IMG/VR virus record: IMGVR_UViG_3300025671_000259
Span: 1-33,096 of that record
DNA length: 33,096 nucleotides
DNA from: a virus
Taxonomy: Duplodnaviria > Caudoviricetes
Direction: 5' to 3' (one strand)
Of the stretch, positions 7,364 to 16,800 are shown one piece after another; positions within the stretch are counted from its first letter, which is position 1; each line of letters begins with the position of its first letter. Position numbers and translations under genes: made by a program. A model generated the notes under the pieces. The model was given only the letters and a program-made list of their open reading frames with translations, ran no database searches and was not told the DNA's origin.

Positions 7364-9771
7364 GCTTTTTCGTAGCAGCGATTGTTACTGTCGGCGTTGG
7401 CGTTGCAGTCAACGAAAGCGAAAAGAACAGAAAAGAAAAGAAGGCGGCGGAAGAGCGCGAACGTCAGCGCCTCGCACGTCTATCCGATGCGGTCGACGCA
7501 CGCGAAGCTGAGTACCAAACTCAAGCCGACGCCTACAACACAGCCGTCGATAGCTATAATGCAAGTTTTAACAACGCTATCTCTGGCCTGACTGGTCTGC
7601 GCAACAACATCGGCGGTCTTACAATCGCCGATTTGTACGACGACCCAACCACATCAGCAAACGAGAACCAGTACGACAACTACCTAACGTCTCTTAACAA
7701 CATGGAGACGGCTCTAGGAAATCTGAGCTTCAGCGCAGATCGCCCAACATTCAGCAGCGTACTGACGACAGATGACGGGACAGCCACAGTTGACGACATC
7801 CCAACCCTTGGATCGGCGATGACAGGCAACGTCCCTGACTATCTAGACACAATCGACAACCTACGCACATCTTTGAAAGGTCTAAGCCGTGATCGTCGCA
7901 AAGAAGAAAACAGAATTAGCGACTTTCAATCTGACCTAAATTTCGATCTTGGCCAGATCAACCGCGACGTAGGTCGCCTAGACATCTCCCAAACAGATCG
8001 GCTTGGTGGATACGAGGATCAGCTTGCTGACCTAGAACGTGGATATAACGCATTTTCATCAGACATTCTTGGCCAAGTTGGCGGCCTGTCATATGACGAC
8101 AGCGGTATTGAAAGTGCAATCCAAGGATTGCGTGATGCACGTTCGGCAGAAGAAACCCGCATAGAAAACTTTGGCACAAACCTTGGTAACTTTGCCGATA
8201 CTTACGCCGACAACCTGTCTGGCTACAACATCACCAACCTTGATGATCTAAACAATCTGCAAGGTTTGATCGACACGCAGCAAGACGCAGCGAGCGACTT
8301 CGACAGTTTGCTAGACTTCGACTTCAGCAACCAGCTAAATAGCCTGGGGCAGACAGAACGCGGCGTCGGAAACTTGCTTGACGACCGAGAGGCAGAGCTA
8401 GACCGCATCTCAGCAGCGGAACTGGAAGCCCAGCGCCGCGCAACTGGCTTGAGCCGTTTTGCAGACAGCCTTGGCATTGCTGACATCGACAGCATGAACG
8501 ACCTTGGCTACGACATTGACGACTACAACACAGACATCGGCAACTTTGAAAGTTTGCTAGACTTCGACTTCTCTGGCGCAAACGCAACTGCAACAGGCGC
8601 AGCAGAAGCTCTGGCTCAACTTCGCACTGACCGCAAGACAGAACTAGATCGCATCGACCAGTTCGGCACTGACCTTGGTGGCTTCGCATCTCAGTATGCA
8701 ACAGACCTCGGCGGCTACAACATTGCGAACATCGACGAGATGGACGCACTGCAAGAATTGATCGACCAGCGTCAGAACGAGGCTCGCCGCTTTAGTTCAG
8801 AGCTAGACTTTGACTTCGGCACTCAGCTAGATGACCTTCGCAACGTCGAAGGCGATCTCGGCGACTTATACCTAGAGCGTCAGCTTGAGCAGGGTCGCAT
8901 CGAAGACGCAGAGCGAGACTACTTGCGCACAGCACAATCGCTTGATCGCCTTGCAGACAGCACAGGCATCTACAGCAAAGCTGGCATCGACGCTCTACAA
9001 GAAGACCTCGACAATCTAAACGCCGACATTACTGGCTTCGAAAGTCTTCTGGACTTCGACTTCAGTGGCTCAGACGAGTTCCGCAACCAAGCTGGCCTAG
9101 ACATCTCAGACCTGTATTCACAGCGCGGTGAAGCCCTAGACGCAATCAACAACCCAATCGCAGGCATCTCTGAAGGCGCAGCGGGTCTCGAACTGTACGA
9201 CGAGACAGGGATGCGCGACGCACGAGGCGAACTGTCAGACCTGAACCGCGACCTGTCTCGCTTCTCAGGTGGTCGAGTAGAGGAAATCCAAGGCAATGTG
9301 AACACAGCCATCGGCGACATCGACACACGCTTGGAAGAACTCAACACTTACCGCAACGAACTGGAAACCAAAGCGCAAGGTCTACTCGAACAGGTCAACA
9401 ACGCCACATACTATGGCCTTGGCGATCTGGAGGGCGACCTCGGCAGCCTAGACGCGCAGCAAGCAGAGATCGAACTTTACAACGCACAGGTTGCGATGGA
9501 CGAACTCGATCAGTTGCAAGAACGTCTGTACGGCGAGCGCAACCGCCTAGAGCAAGACGCTCAGAACGTGGCAGCCCGTCAGACGAACGCACAAGACGCA
9601 CTTCTTAACGCGCTGAACGCATTCGGCTTGCCTCAGTTTGACAACTTGTCGCAGATCGACCCGATGACGATGCAACAGTTCATGGCGATGATCCAGAACC
9701 AAGAAGAAGATGAAGACGAATTTACGACCAACCCGAACGCATTTAGCAGCAATGTAATTCGTGTTGGATAA
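7360..9771 (+). CDS. Acidic internal virion/ejection protein with 82-aa repeats
   Basis: N-terminal hydrophobic segment; D/E/L-rich; no Cys seen; position between tail genes and giant protein. Confidence 0.65.
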   Translation: MSFFVAAIVTVGVGVAVNESEKNRKEKKAAEERERQRLARLSDAVDAREAEYQTQADAYNTAVDSYNASFNNAISGLTGLRNNIGGLTIADLYDDPTTSANENQYDNYLTSLNNMETALGNLSFSADRPTFSSVLTTDDGTATVDDIPTLGSAMTGNVPDYLDTIDNLRTSLKGLSRDRRKEENRISDFQSDLNFDLGQINRDVGRLDISQTDRLGGYEDQLADLERGYNAFSSDILGQVGGLSYDDSGIESAIQGLRDARSAEETRIENFGTNLGNFADTYADNLSGYNITNLDDLNNLQGLIDTQQDAASDFDSLLDFDFSNQLNSLGQTERGVGNLLDDREAELDRISAAELEAQRRATGLSRFADSLGIADIDSMNDLGYDIDDYNTDIGNFESLLDFDFSGANATATGAAEALAQLRTDRKTELDRIDQFGTDLGGFASQYATDLGGYNIANIDEMDALQELIDQRQNEARRFSSELDFDFGTQLDDLRNVEGDLGDLYLERQLEQGRIEDAERDYLRTAQSLDRLADSTGIYSKAGIDALQEDLDNLNADITGFESLLDFDFSGSDEFRNQAGLDISDLYSQRGEALDAINNPIAGISEGAAGLELYDETGMRDARGELSDLNRDLSRFSGGRVEEIQGNVNTAIGDIDTRLEELNTYRNELETKAQGLLEQVNNATYYGLGDLEGDLGSLDAQQAEIELYNAQVAMDELDQLQERLYGERNRLEQDAQNVAARQTNAQDALLNALNAFGLPQFDNLSQIDPMTMQQFMAMIQNQEEDEDEFTTNPNAFSSNVIRVG
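8053..9066 (+). repeat. 246-nt (82-aa) tandem coding repeat with A/B alternation
   Basis: Phe anchor of F.S.LDFDF at 8299, 8545, 8791, 9037, plus degenerate FSSDIL at 8053; spacing exactly 246. Confidence 0.85.
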
Positions 9772-9784
9772 AAGGAGTAGGTAG

Positions 9785-11581
9785 ATGTCATTTTCCACAA
9801 TGCTCCAAATGGGGATGGGAATACTCGGCACGCGCCAAGCGGGCCAAGAGTATCGTGACGGCATACGCGCTCGCTACGATGCCTTGGCAATGCAGCGCGA
9901 TCAGTACAATCAGAACTACGGCAGCTACCTAGACGCCCTTCGAGCGCAGCAGGAAGAGAACGAGTACATCCGTCAGCGCGAGATGATGGACCGCATGACG
10001 CGGGGGTCAGAGCGTGACTTCGCAGAAAGCCAACTATTCTCTTACCTCGACCAACTAGACGCCGAACGCCAGTATGGCATGGACAGGCAGCAGGTACTCG
10101 ACCGAGATGCTGCCCGCCAGAGAGCTTTCCAGCTTCAGCAGCTTCTAACAAACCAAGACTTACGCGCCGATGAACGGCGCTTTGCTTTAGAACAGCTACG
10201 CATTGCCCAAGATATTGCGGCGGGTGAGCGCGACTTCACGATGGGCATCTATCAAGACGAAGCAGATCGTCTTGCAGAACGCCAATCAATGGCTGACCAA
10301 GAAGCGCGAGAGATGCAGCTATATCGCTTGCGCGAAGCTGCACGAAACAGAGACCTAGTGGCAAGCGAACGAGAGTTCGCTAAAATGCTTTTAGGGCAGG
10401 CACAAGACGTAGCGGGTGCAGAGCGCGACGAGCAAATGGCTCGCTTCCTTGAAGATCGCGACACCCGTGCAGACGAGCGTCAGTTCGTGGTCGATCAATA
10501 CGAAGATTATTTGCGCCAAGCGCAAGCAGAACGTGACGCTGAGATGGGTATCCGCGAGCAAATACTTGCTGGCGCGGATGACCTGCAAAGCCGCCTAGAA
10601 GCTACAGCATCTCAGCTTGGCTACATCCCAGAAATCGAACAGATCACACCTGAGATGATTGATGCCGAGGTTGCAAGGCGTACTGGCGAATATATGTCAG
10701 ACGTTGACCGTGCAGCAGAAGCAGTTGCATCAGTAAACGAAGCAGACTTGATCCGCGCTGGCATCGACGTATCGACTGGTGCAACCCAACGTCGTGGCGA
10801 CATTGCTGGGCGTCTGGCACAGGAATATCAGAACGCACGCTCTCGCGCGTATGACGACGCAATGGGCTACATTTCTGGCAGAAGTAATGCAATGGCCACA
10901 AATGTAGGTAATATCATGGATCGCCGTGCAGCTATCCTTGGTGAGACTGCAAACATCGGTGGCGCAGAGCTTGGCATCCTTCAGAACCTACGTCAGCTAC
11001 CAAGCGCAACTGGCGCATATCAGATGGCAGCCAACATTGGCTCTGGCATCCTAGATCGTAACATCGTGAGTGCGAATAACTACAACGCACCAATCGCAGT
11101 TACATCTGGCCTATACGACGCATCGAATGCGATGACATCTGGCATGTCGAACTACGATTACAACCTAATGAACCTGATGTCTGGCGTATCAAGCAACAAT
11201 AATTATAGCTCACCAGTAGCGATTGGCTCCGCTATCTACGACGGCAACATTGGCGGCAACTACGCAAGCACGCTATCTCCGTCGTCAGCAGCATCAACGG
11301 CTGGCTTGAACCTTGGATCATCGGTTATGGCTCCATATAACCAGACGCTTCAGAACCCAATGAACTATCTCAGCAATGCTAATGCTTACAACAACAGCAT
11401 AATTAGCGGACTGATGGGTCAGTACAACCAAGGTCGTGAGCGAATGGCAAATGCAAGCTCACACTTCGGTGACTTACTAGATGCGAGCGCGGGTGATCTG
11501 GACCCGAATAACGAGCTTTATAATAGGTTTAGCACTTGGGCGACTTCGAAGTTCCCTAGTTGGATGGGAGGCGGCGGATAA
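9785..11581 (+). CDS. Internal virion/ejection (DNA pilot-like) protein with 18-residue helical repeats
   Basis: AAGGAG SD; Q/R/E/A-rich helical middle, N/S/G-rich C-terminus; only 2 Lys and 0 Cys by my count. Confidence 0.65.
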   Translation: MSFSTMLQMGMGILGTRQAGQEYRDGIRARYDALAMQRDQYNQNYGSYLDALRAQQEENEYIRQREMMDRMTRGSERDFAESQLFSYLDQLDAERQYGMDRQQVLDRDAARQRAFQLQQLLTNQDLRADERRFALEQLRIAQDIAAGERDFTMGIYQDEADRLAERQSMADQEAREMQLYRLREAARNRDLVASEREFAKMLLGQAQDVAGAERDEQMARFLEDRDTRADERQFVVDQYEDYLRQAQAERDAEMGIREQILAGADDLQSRLEATASQLGYIPEIEQITPEMIDAEVARRTGEYMSDVDRAAEAVASVNEADLIRAGIDVSTGATQRRGDIAGRLAQEYQNARSRAYDDAMGYISGRSNAMATNVGNIMDRRAAILGETANIGGAELGILQNLRQLPSATGAYQMAANIGSGILDRNIVSANNYNAPIAVTSGLYDASNAMTSGMSNYDYNLMNLMSGVSSNNNYSSPVAIGSAIYDGNIGGNYASTLSPSSAASTAGLNLGSSVMAPYNQTLQNPMNYLSNANAYNNSIISGLMGQYNQGRERMANASSHFGDLLDASAGDLDPNNELYNRFSTWATSKFPSWMGGGG

Positions 11582-13824
11582 TGTTTTTTGACTACGCATC
11601 ACGAGGAGCGCAACAAGGTCGAGAAAACCGTAACAGGCAGCGTCGCGAACTAGCTCAAGCGTTCCAGCAATTCCAAGCCTCGAACCCAGAGGCTACGGTT
11701 CAGGACTTTCAGTCTTTCATCGACAGCATGGCGGGCAATGGTCTTGGATCAAACTACATACGAGGCGGCGCACCATCTCAGGACGTCTTGCAAAGTCTTG
11801 CAGAGCAAGGCCAAGCCCGCAAACAGCAGCGTCTTTTGGAGCAAACATCCGCGAACTTCCGTCGTCGCGCCGAAGACCTGTCTACTCTCGAAGCCATGGC
11901 AGACCGTGCTGTTCTAGGAATGAGCGGCGATGACTTCGACGGAGCATACAATACATTCGTCCAATCACTTGGCCCCAACGGTCAACAGATTGTGAACGGC
12001 ATGAACCTGCGCAATCGCTTCACCATCCAAAACCGCGACACTCTAATGGGCCGTCGCTTGATGGAGAGCATGCCGCAGATCGACAACTATCTGAATATGT
12101 ATGGCTACAACACAGAAGCCCTCGACCCAGACCAGATGTCTCGCTTCTTTGGGCTGCCTGCAAATCAGATGCAGCCATTTATCGAGGCCGCTAACCGCAA
12201 AATTCAGATGAGCATGCAGGAGTGGCGTCAGACCAACAACTCCAACTTAATGCAAATCGCACGCGACGCAGCAACAACTCTTGGCCCTGAAGGCGTAGAG
12301 CCTGCGCTGCGCAACTACCTGCAAAACTCACCATTCGGTGAGCAGATGCTCGAAGGCTTTGACTTTGCGCCATACGTTACCGAAGCCGAGCGTCTCGTTT
12401 CAGAGCGCGAAGAGCAGAACCAAATCGAAAGCCAAGGTCGTGTAAACCGCATGATCGACGCTTGGGAAAGCAACGCACGTTTGCAACGCTTCCTGCGTGA
12501 TGGCGACAATGACAGCGCGTTACAACAAATGTACGACATCGCTGCCCGCAACCTTTCGGACGAAGACTTCCAGCGCCTATACGGCAAGACAAAAGAAGAA
12601 GTTTCAAGCAACCCAGCACTGGCATTCCAGTCAGACCTCGACCGTTACGTTGGTTCCGAGCGCGACGCACAGGAAGAAAATTACGCAACTCGCTCACAGG
12701 AGTTGGACGCAACACTGGCCGAAGTTTCTCGTACATACGTCACAAACAACCAAGGTCGTCTTACAGAAGTTCTTGGCAACTACTTCTCAGAGCAGGTTGC
12801 TGGCACCTTGGGTATGCAGCTTGGTCAGCGTTATGCTTACTCACCTGAACTGGCGAACGCAGTCTTCGAGATCAACTCTGGCATGGATGAAGAAACTCGC
12901 GAAGCGGCGCAAGACAACCCAGCCGTTGCAGTATCCTACATCTTGGAGCAGCTACAGTCTCGTGGCTTCACGCCAAACATTGAACAAACACGCGATCAGT
13001 TCATCGAACAGCAGCGTGAGCAGAATGGCCTGTATCAACCACAAACATTCGACGACTGGTTCAACAGTGAGACCGACAGCGTGACAACAGCCATGAATGG
13101 CTACCGCGAACGCTTCAATCAAATGCTCGAAGCATATGGTAACAACCCAAGCGTCTTGGCTTCAGAGCTTATGAAGCTCAAGACTGTGGTCGACAGTGTT
13201 CCAGCATTGGTTGAGCAGGAGATGGCAGCACGCGCACGCTCAGAGCGCACATGGCTTTATTACAACTCTGGTGGTTGGGATCAGGCTCGCGTTCAGCAAG
13301 GTATCATTGATCCTGCAAACAACGGCGCAGCCGAGCTATCTCGCGTCATCGAGCAAGCGATCACCCAAGCCAACGAGCGTGCGAATGAAACGCCAGAACC
13401 TGTTCCATCTAACCAGACTGTTGATGCACCGTCTGAAGACCAGTCTTCAATCAGCAGATCAGTCAGTGAAAGTGTGGAAGAAGTATACGGCGTAGGCAAT
13501 GAAATCCGCAGCAGCGTAAACATGCGTCCTGCGGGTGCAGTTGGTTGGATCACAAGCCCACTTCATGCGGGTCTTCGCTGGCTTTCGGAAGAAGGCGTGA
13601 TGAATGAAGCAGATGCGCAAGGCGTACAAGATCGTCGTGGGTGGGTAGAGCCTCGCTTCGACAGGCTGCAAGAATATGGCCGCCACCTGAAGAATATGAA
13701 CCCAGAACTTTACGCTCAGATGCTGGTCGACTTCCAAAACATGACAGCCGAACAGCTATCGCAGAAATATGATCCAGTTCTGGATGCACTAGCGAACGAT
13801 AGACAGATCAGACTTCCTCAGTAA
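11581..13824 (+). CDS. Internal virion/ejection protein (747 aa; start reassigned to ATG 11581)
   Basis: TAATG coupling with upstream stop, GGGAGG SD; helical Q/E/N-rich; no Cys seen. Confidence 0.65.
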   Translation: MFFDYASRGAQQGRENRNRQRRELAQAFQQFQASNPEATVQDFQSFIDSMAGNGLGSNYIRGGAPSQDVLQSLAEQGQARKQQRLLEQTSANFRRRAEDLSTLEAMADRAVLGMSGDDFDGAYNTFVQSLGPNGQQIVNGMNLRNRFTIQNRDTLMGRRLMESMPQIDNYLNMYGYNTEALDPDQMSRFFGLPANQMQPFIEAANRKIQMSMQEWRQTNNSNLMQIARDAATTLGPEGVEPALRNYLQNSPFGEQMLEGFDFAPYVTEAERLVSEREEQNQIESQGRVNRMIDAWESNARLQRFLRDGDNDSALQQMYDIAARNLSDEDFQRLYGKTKEEVSSNPALAFQSDLDRYVGSERDAQEENYATRSQELDATLAEVSRTYVTNNQGRLTEVLGNYFSEQVAGTLGMQLGQRYAYSPELANAVFEINSGMDEETREAAQDNPAVAVSYILEQLQSRGFTPNIEQTRDQFIEQQREQNGLYQPQTFDDWFNSETDSVTTAMNGYRERFNQMLEAYGNNPSVLASELMKLKTVVDSVPALVEQEMAARARSERTWLYYNSGGWDQARVQQGIIDPANNGAAELSRVIEQAITQANERANETPEPVPSNQTVDAPSEDQSSISRSVSESVEEVYGVGNEIRSSVNMRPAGAVGWITSPLHAGLRWLSEEGVMNEADAQGVQDRRGWVEPRFDRLQEYGRHLKNMNPELYAQMLVDFQNMTAEQLSQKYDPVLDALANDRQIRLPQ

Positions 13825-13856
13825 GGACGACACCTACAGGCGTCTCCAGTTATCAT
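13823..13856 (+). promoter_or_regulatory. Putative late promoter AAGGACGAC-N19-TATCAT overlapping near-perfect operator ACACC-TACA-GGCGT (13830-13843)
   Basis: Motif copy starting in the upstream stop codon; upstream of giant gene. Confidence 0.7.
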
Positions 13857-13894
13857 CGGCTTGATTGCTCACGGATAACTGGAGAACCGCCGCA

Positions 13895-16800
13895 ATGTCG
13901 AAGTATTTGCCTGAAGCCCCCGCGCTTATCGACCCAAACACTGTCACACAGACGCAAAATGTGGACTATTTGTCCAATACTGGAGGCGCAGACCTGCTTC
14001 GCAGCCCTGCTTTCCTCAACGATCTACGCCAACACTACGAAAGCAAAGGCGTCCGCTTCCTAACGGAAGAGGAATTGATAGACCGTTTCTACTCAGACAA
14101 CACTTGGGACGACCTCAACACAGTCAGCGCGATCAGTTCAGCAGCAGAAGCAGCGACAGCGGGTTCCGACGAGAAGCAGCGACTTAACCGTCTGCAACAA
14201 GCATGGCGTTCACTACCTAACTTCTGGCAAGAAGGTGGCCGTGGCTTCCTATCCGCAGCAGGTGACGCCGCAGGCGCGATCATCGCAGACCCAATCAACC
14301 TTATTCCAGGGGTCAACGCATATGCGAAGGCCACAACCGCAGCCCGTGCAGCAACAGCAGCGGGTCGCAGCGCAACTCGTGCTGGTGTCACAGCAGGCGC
14401 ACGCTCTGGTGCGCTGTCTGAAGCAGCAATTTCTGGTGGCCAAGAAGCAATCGTAAACGCGGCAAACCAGACGCGCGACATCCAACTTGGGCTTCGCGAC
14501 AACTTCAGCACAGGCGAATTAGCTGGTGCGACAGCAATCGGTGCTGGTCTTGGCGGTACAGTCGGTGGCGCAATCGGTGCAGGTGCAGGCGCATTGGCCT
14601 CCCGTACTGGCGCACAGCAGGCACAGAACCTTGGACGCCTTGGCTACAGCCCAGAAGAAATTGGCGGCATGTCCAATCAGGAAGCGCAGCGTCGCATTCC
14701 TGCTGAAATGCCAGACTTCCAGATGCCTGCACCTCGTCAGGCAGACGAAGCAGCGGAAGACACACCCGAACTGACACCCGAGCAGCAGCGCGATGCCAAG
14801 TGGCAAGAGCAGACTGCCCGTGCAACAGCAATTCGCGATGCACTTCGTGATCGCGTGGATGAACTGCGTGCAGATGGCGCAGACCCAGACGTTATTGAGG
14901 CAATGCAGCAAAGACTAGAAGCTGCAACACGACTAATTCCGATGACCCAGCGCCTTGCAAAAGAGGAAGCTGACATCATCAACTTCGGCGGGACAAACGA
15001 CAGCCAGCAACGAGCGCGTCATTCACGTCGAACAAAAGAATACGAGCGCGACTTTTCCGAATGGCGCGAACTCGTCAGCACAGTCGAGGACGCCTCAGAC
15101 GTAGATGCAGTGAATGCACGCATCGACGATATTCAAGCGCGTATCGAAGCTGATAGAGCGCAAGAAGCAGAAGCCGCAGCGGAAACTCCACCAGAAGCAG
15201 CGGCTGACGAGGCGGTTGCGACAGGTGGGGAAGATGCTCCATCCCCTGATGGCCCTGATGCAGCCGCCTCACCTATTGAGACGTCACCAACAACAGAGCC
15301 ACTAGACGGTGCAGCACCAGAAGCAGAGGGCTTCCCTGAATTTAAGTATCGCTCAGATGCCCAGCGCGACAGTGTTCGCAGCCTACTCGAACAGGCCGAA
15401 CTCAGCGAGTACGACCTGTCTGTTATGGTGTCCAATGGCGAAATCAAAGTCAGCAAGCGTGGGAATGTATTAACCCAGCAAAGCGTCAAAGACCTACGCG
15501 CCAAACTCAAGCCTACCATCGACGAACTGGCTGCAAGAAAAACAGACGACGAGCTACCATCAGCGGCTGGCCCTGACCCCGTAGCGGTCGAAACTCCTGC
15601 ACCAAAGCAGGACGTATCTACCGATCCACTGCGTGGCCAAGCCCTGTTCGCTGGCATTGACCCGAACGGCATCACGCCACCCAAGCGCAGCAAGACTGGC
15701 AAGGTCACAAAAGCGCAGGTCAACAAAGCCATTGCGGCACGCGCACCAGACGCGGAGCCTGACGCATATGCAGCACAGGTTCGCCAAGAGCTAGACGATG
15801 CACTTGATCTTATCGGTGCAGAGGAAGACCTCGACGCATTGCGCCAAGCCGTAGCAATGCTTGCCCGCTCATCGAAATCAGAAGACGCAGACATTCTGGC
15901 TCTGTTCGATCACCTGACCGACATCATGCCAGACGATGGCCCAGAAGTATCTCTTGGCTCTATCGACTTTACCAAGACGGAAATCAAAAAGATTGAGCGT
16001 CGTGCGAAAGAACTTCGTCGTCAACAGCCTGGGATGGGTGCCGATCTTGCGACAGAAATTGCGACAGGCGAGATCAGAGCGCAACGCGGTGCCGATACCC
16101 AAGCGATCCGTGGCACAGGCGACAGCATCGAAGACGCAAAGAAGTTCACAACTGCTGGACGCAACGTAGCTGGCCGCATCCAAGGCTTCCTACGCCGTGG
16201 CACCCCCATTGAGAAAGGCAGCGAATACACAACAACTCGCGACATGCGCGTGAAGCGCAGCGAGTTTGGCTTCGAGGCCGCTCTTATCGAAGCACGCAGC
16301 GGCAAGGGTCCAGACGTCGTGGCGTACACCACACTTGGCCCAGAAACTATTATGACCCGTACTGGCAAGGTGCAGGTTCCAAAAGGCACCGTCGCATATG
16401 CAGACGGTTACACCCGCCGTGCCTATGACAGCATGGAACTGGCACTTGAAGCGCGTGGCGATGGCCGCAAAGACCGCTCGATGCCTAAAGTTACGGATAC
16501 AGGTCCAACGCAGAACAACATCAAGAAACTTCTCGACGAGTTCGGCGATGATCCAGAGGCATTCCGCCGTGCATTGCAGGCGGTTCGCGACGGAGGAACG
16601 ACAGCCAAGGCACCAGCTATCGAAAAGTTGCCACTGGTTCGTGGCGCAAAGCTGGCAATCGCCAAGCACAAAACTCGCAAGGGCAAGAACGGCGGTCCAC
16701 TTATCCGCATGGTCGACCCCAAGCAGGCAGACGCTGGAAAGAATATCTCTGCGGTTCTGGGAAAAGACTTAGACGGATGGGAAGTAAAGTATGCAGATCG

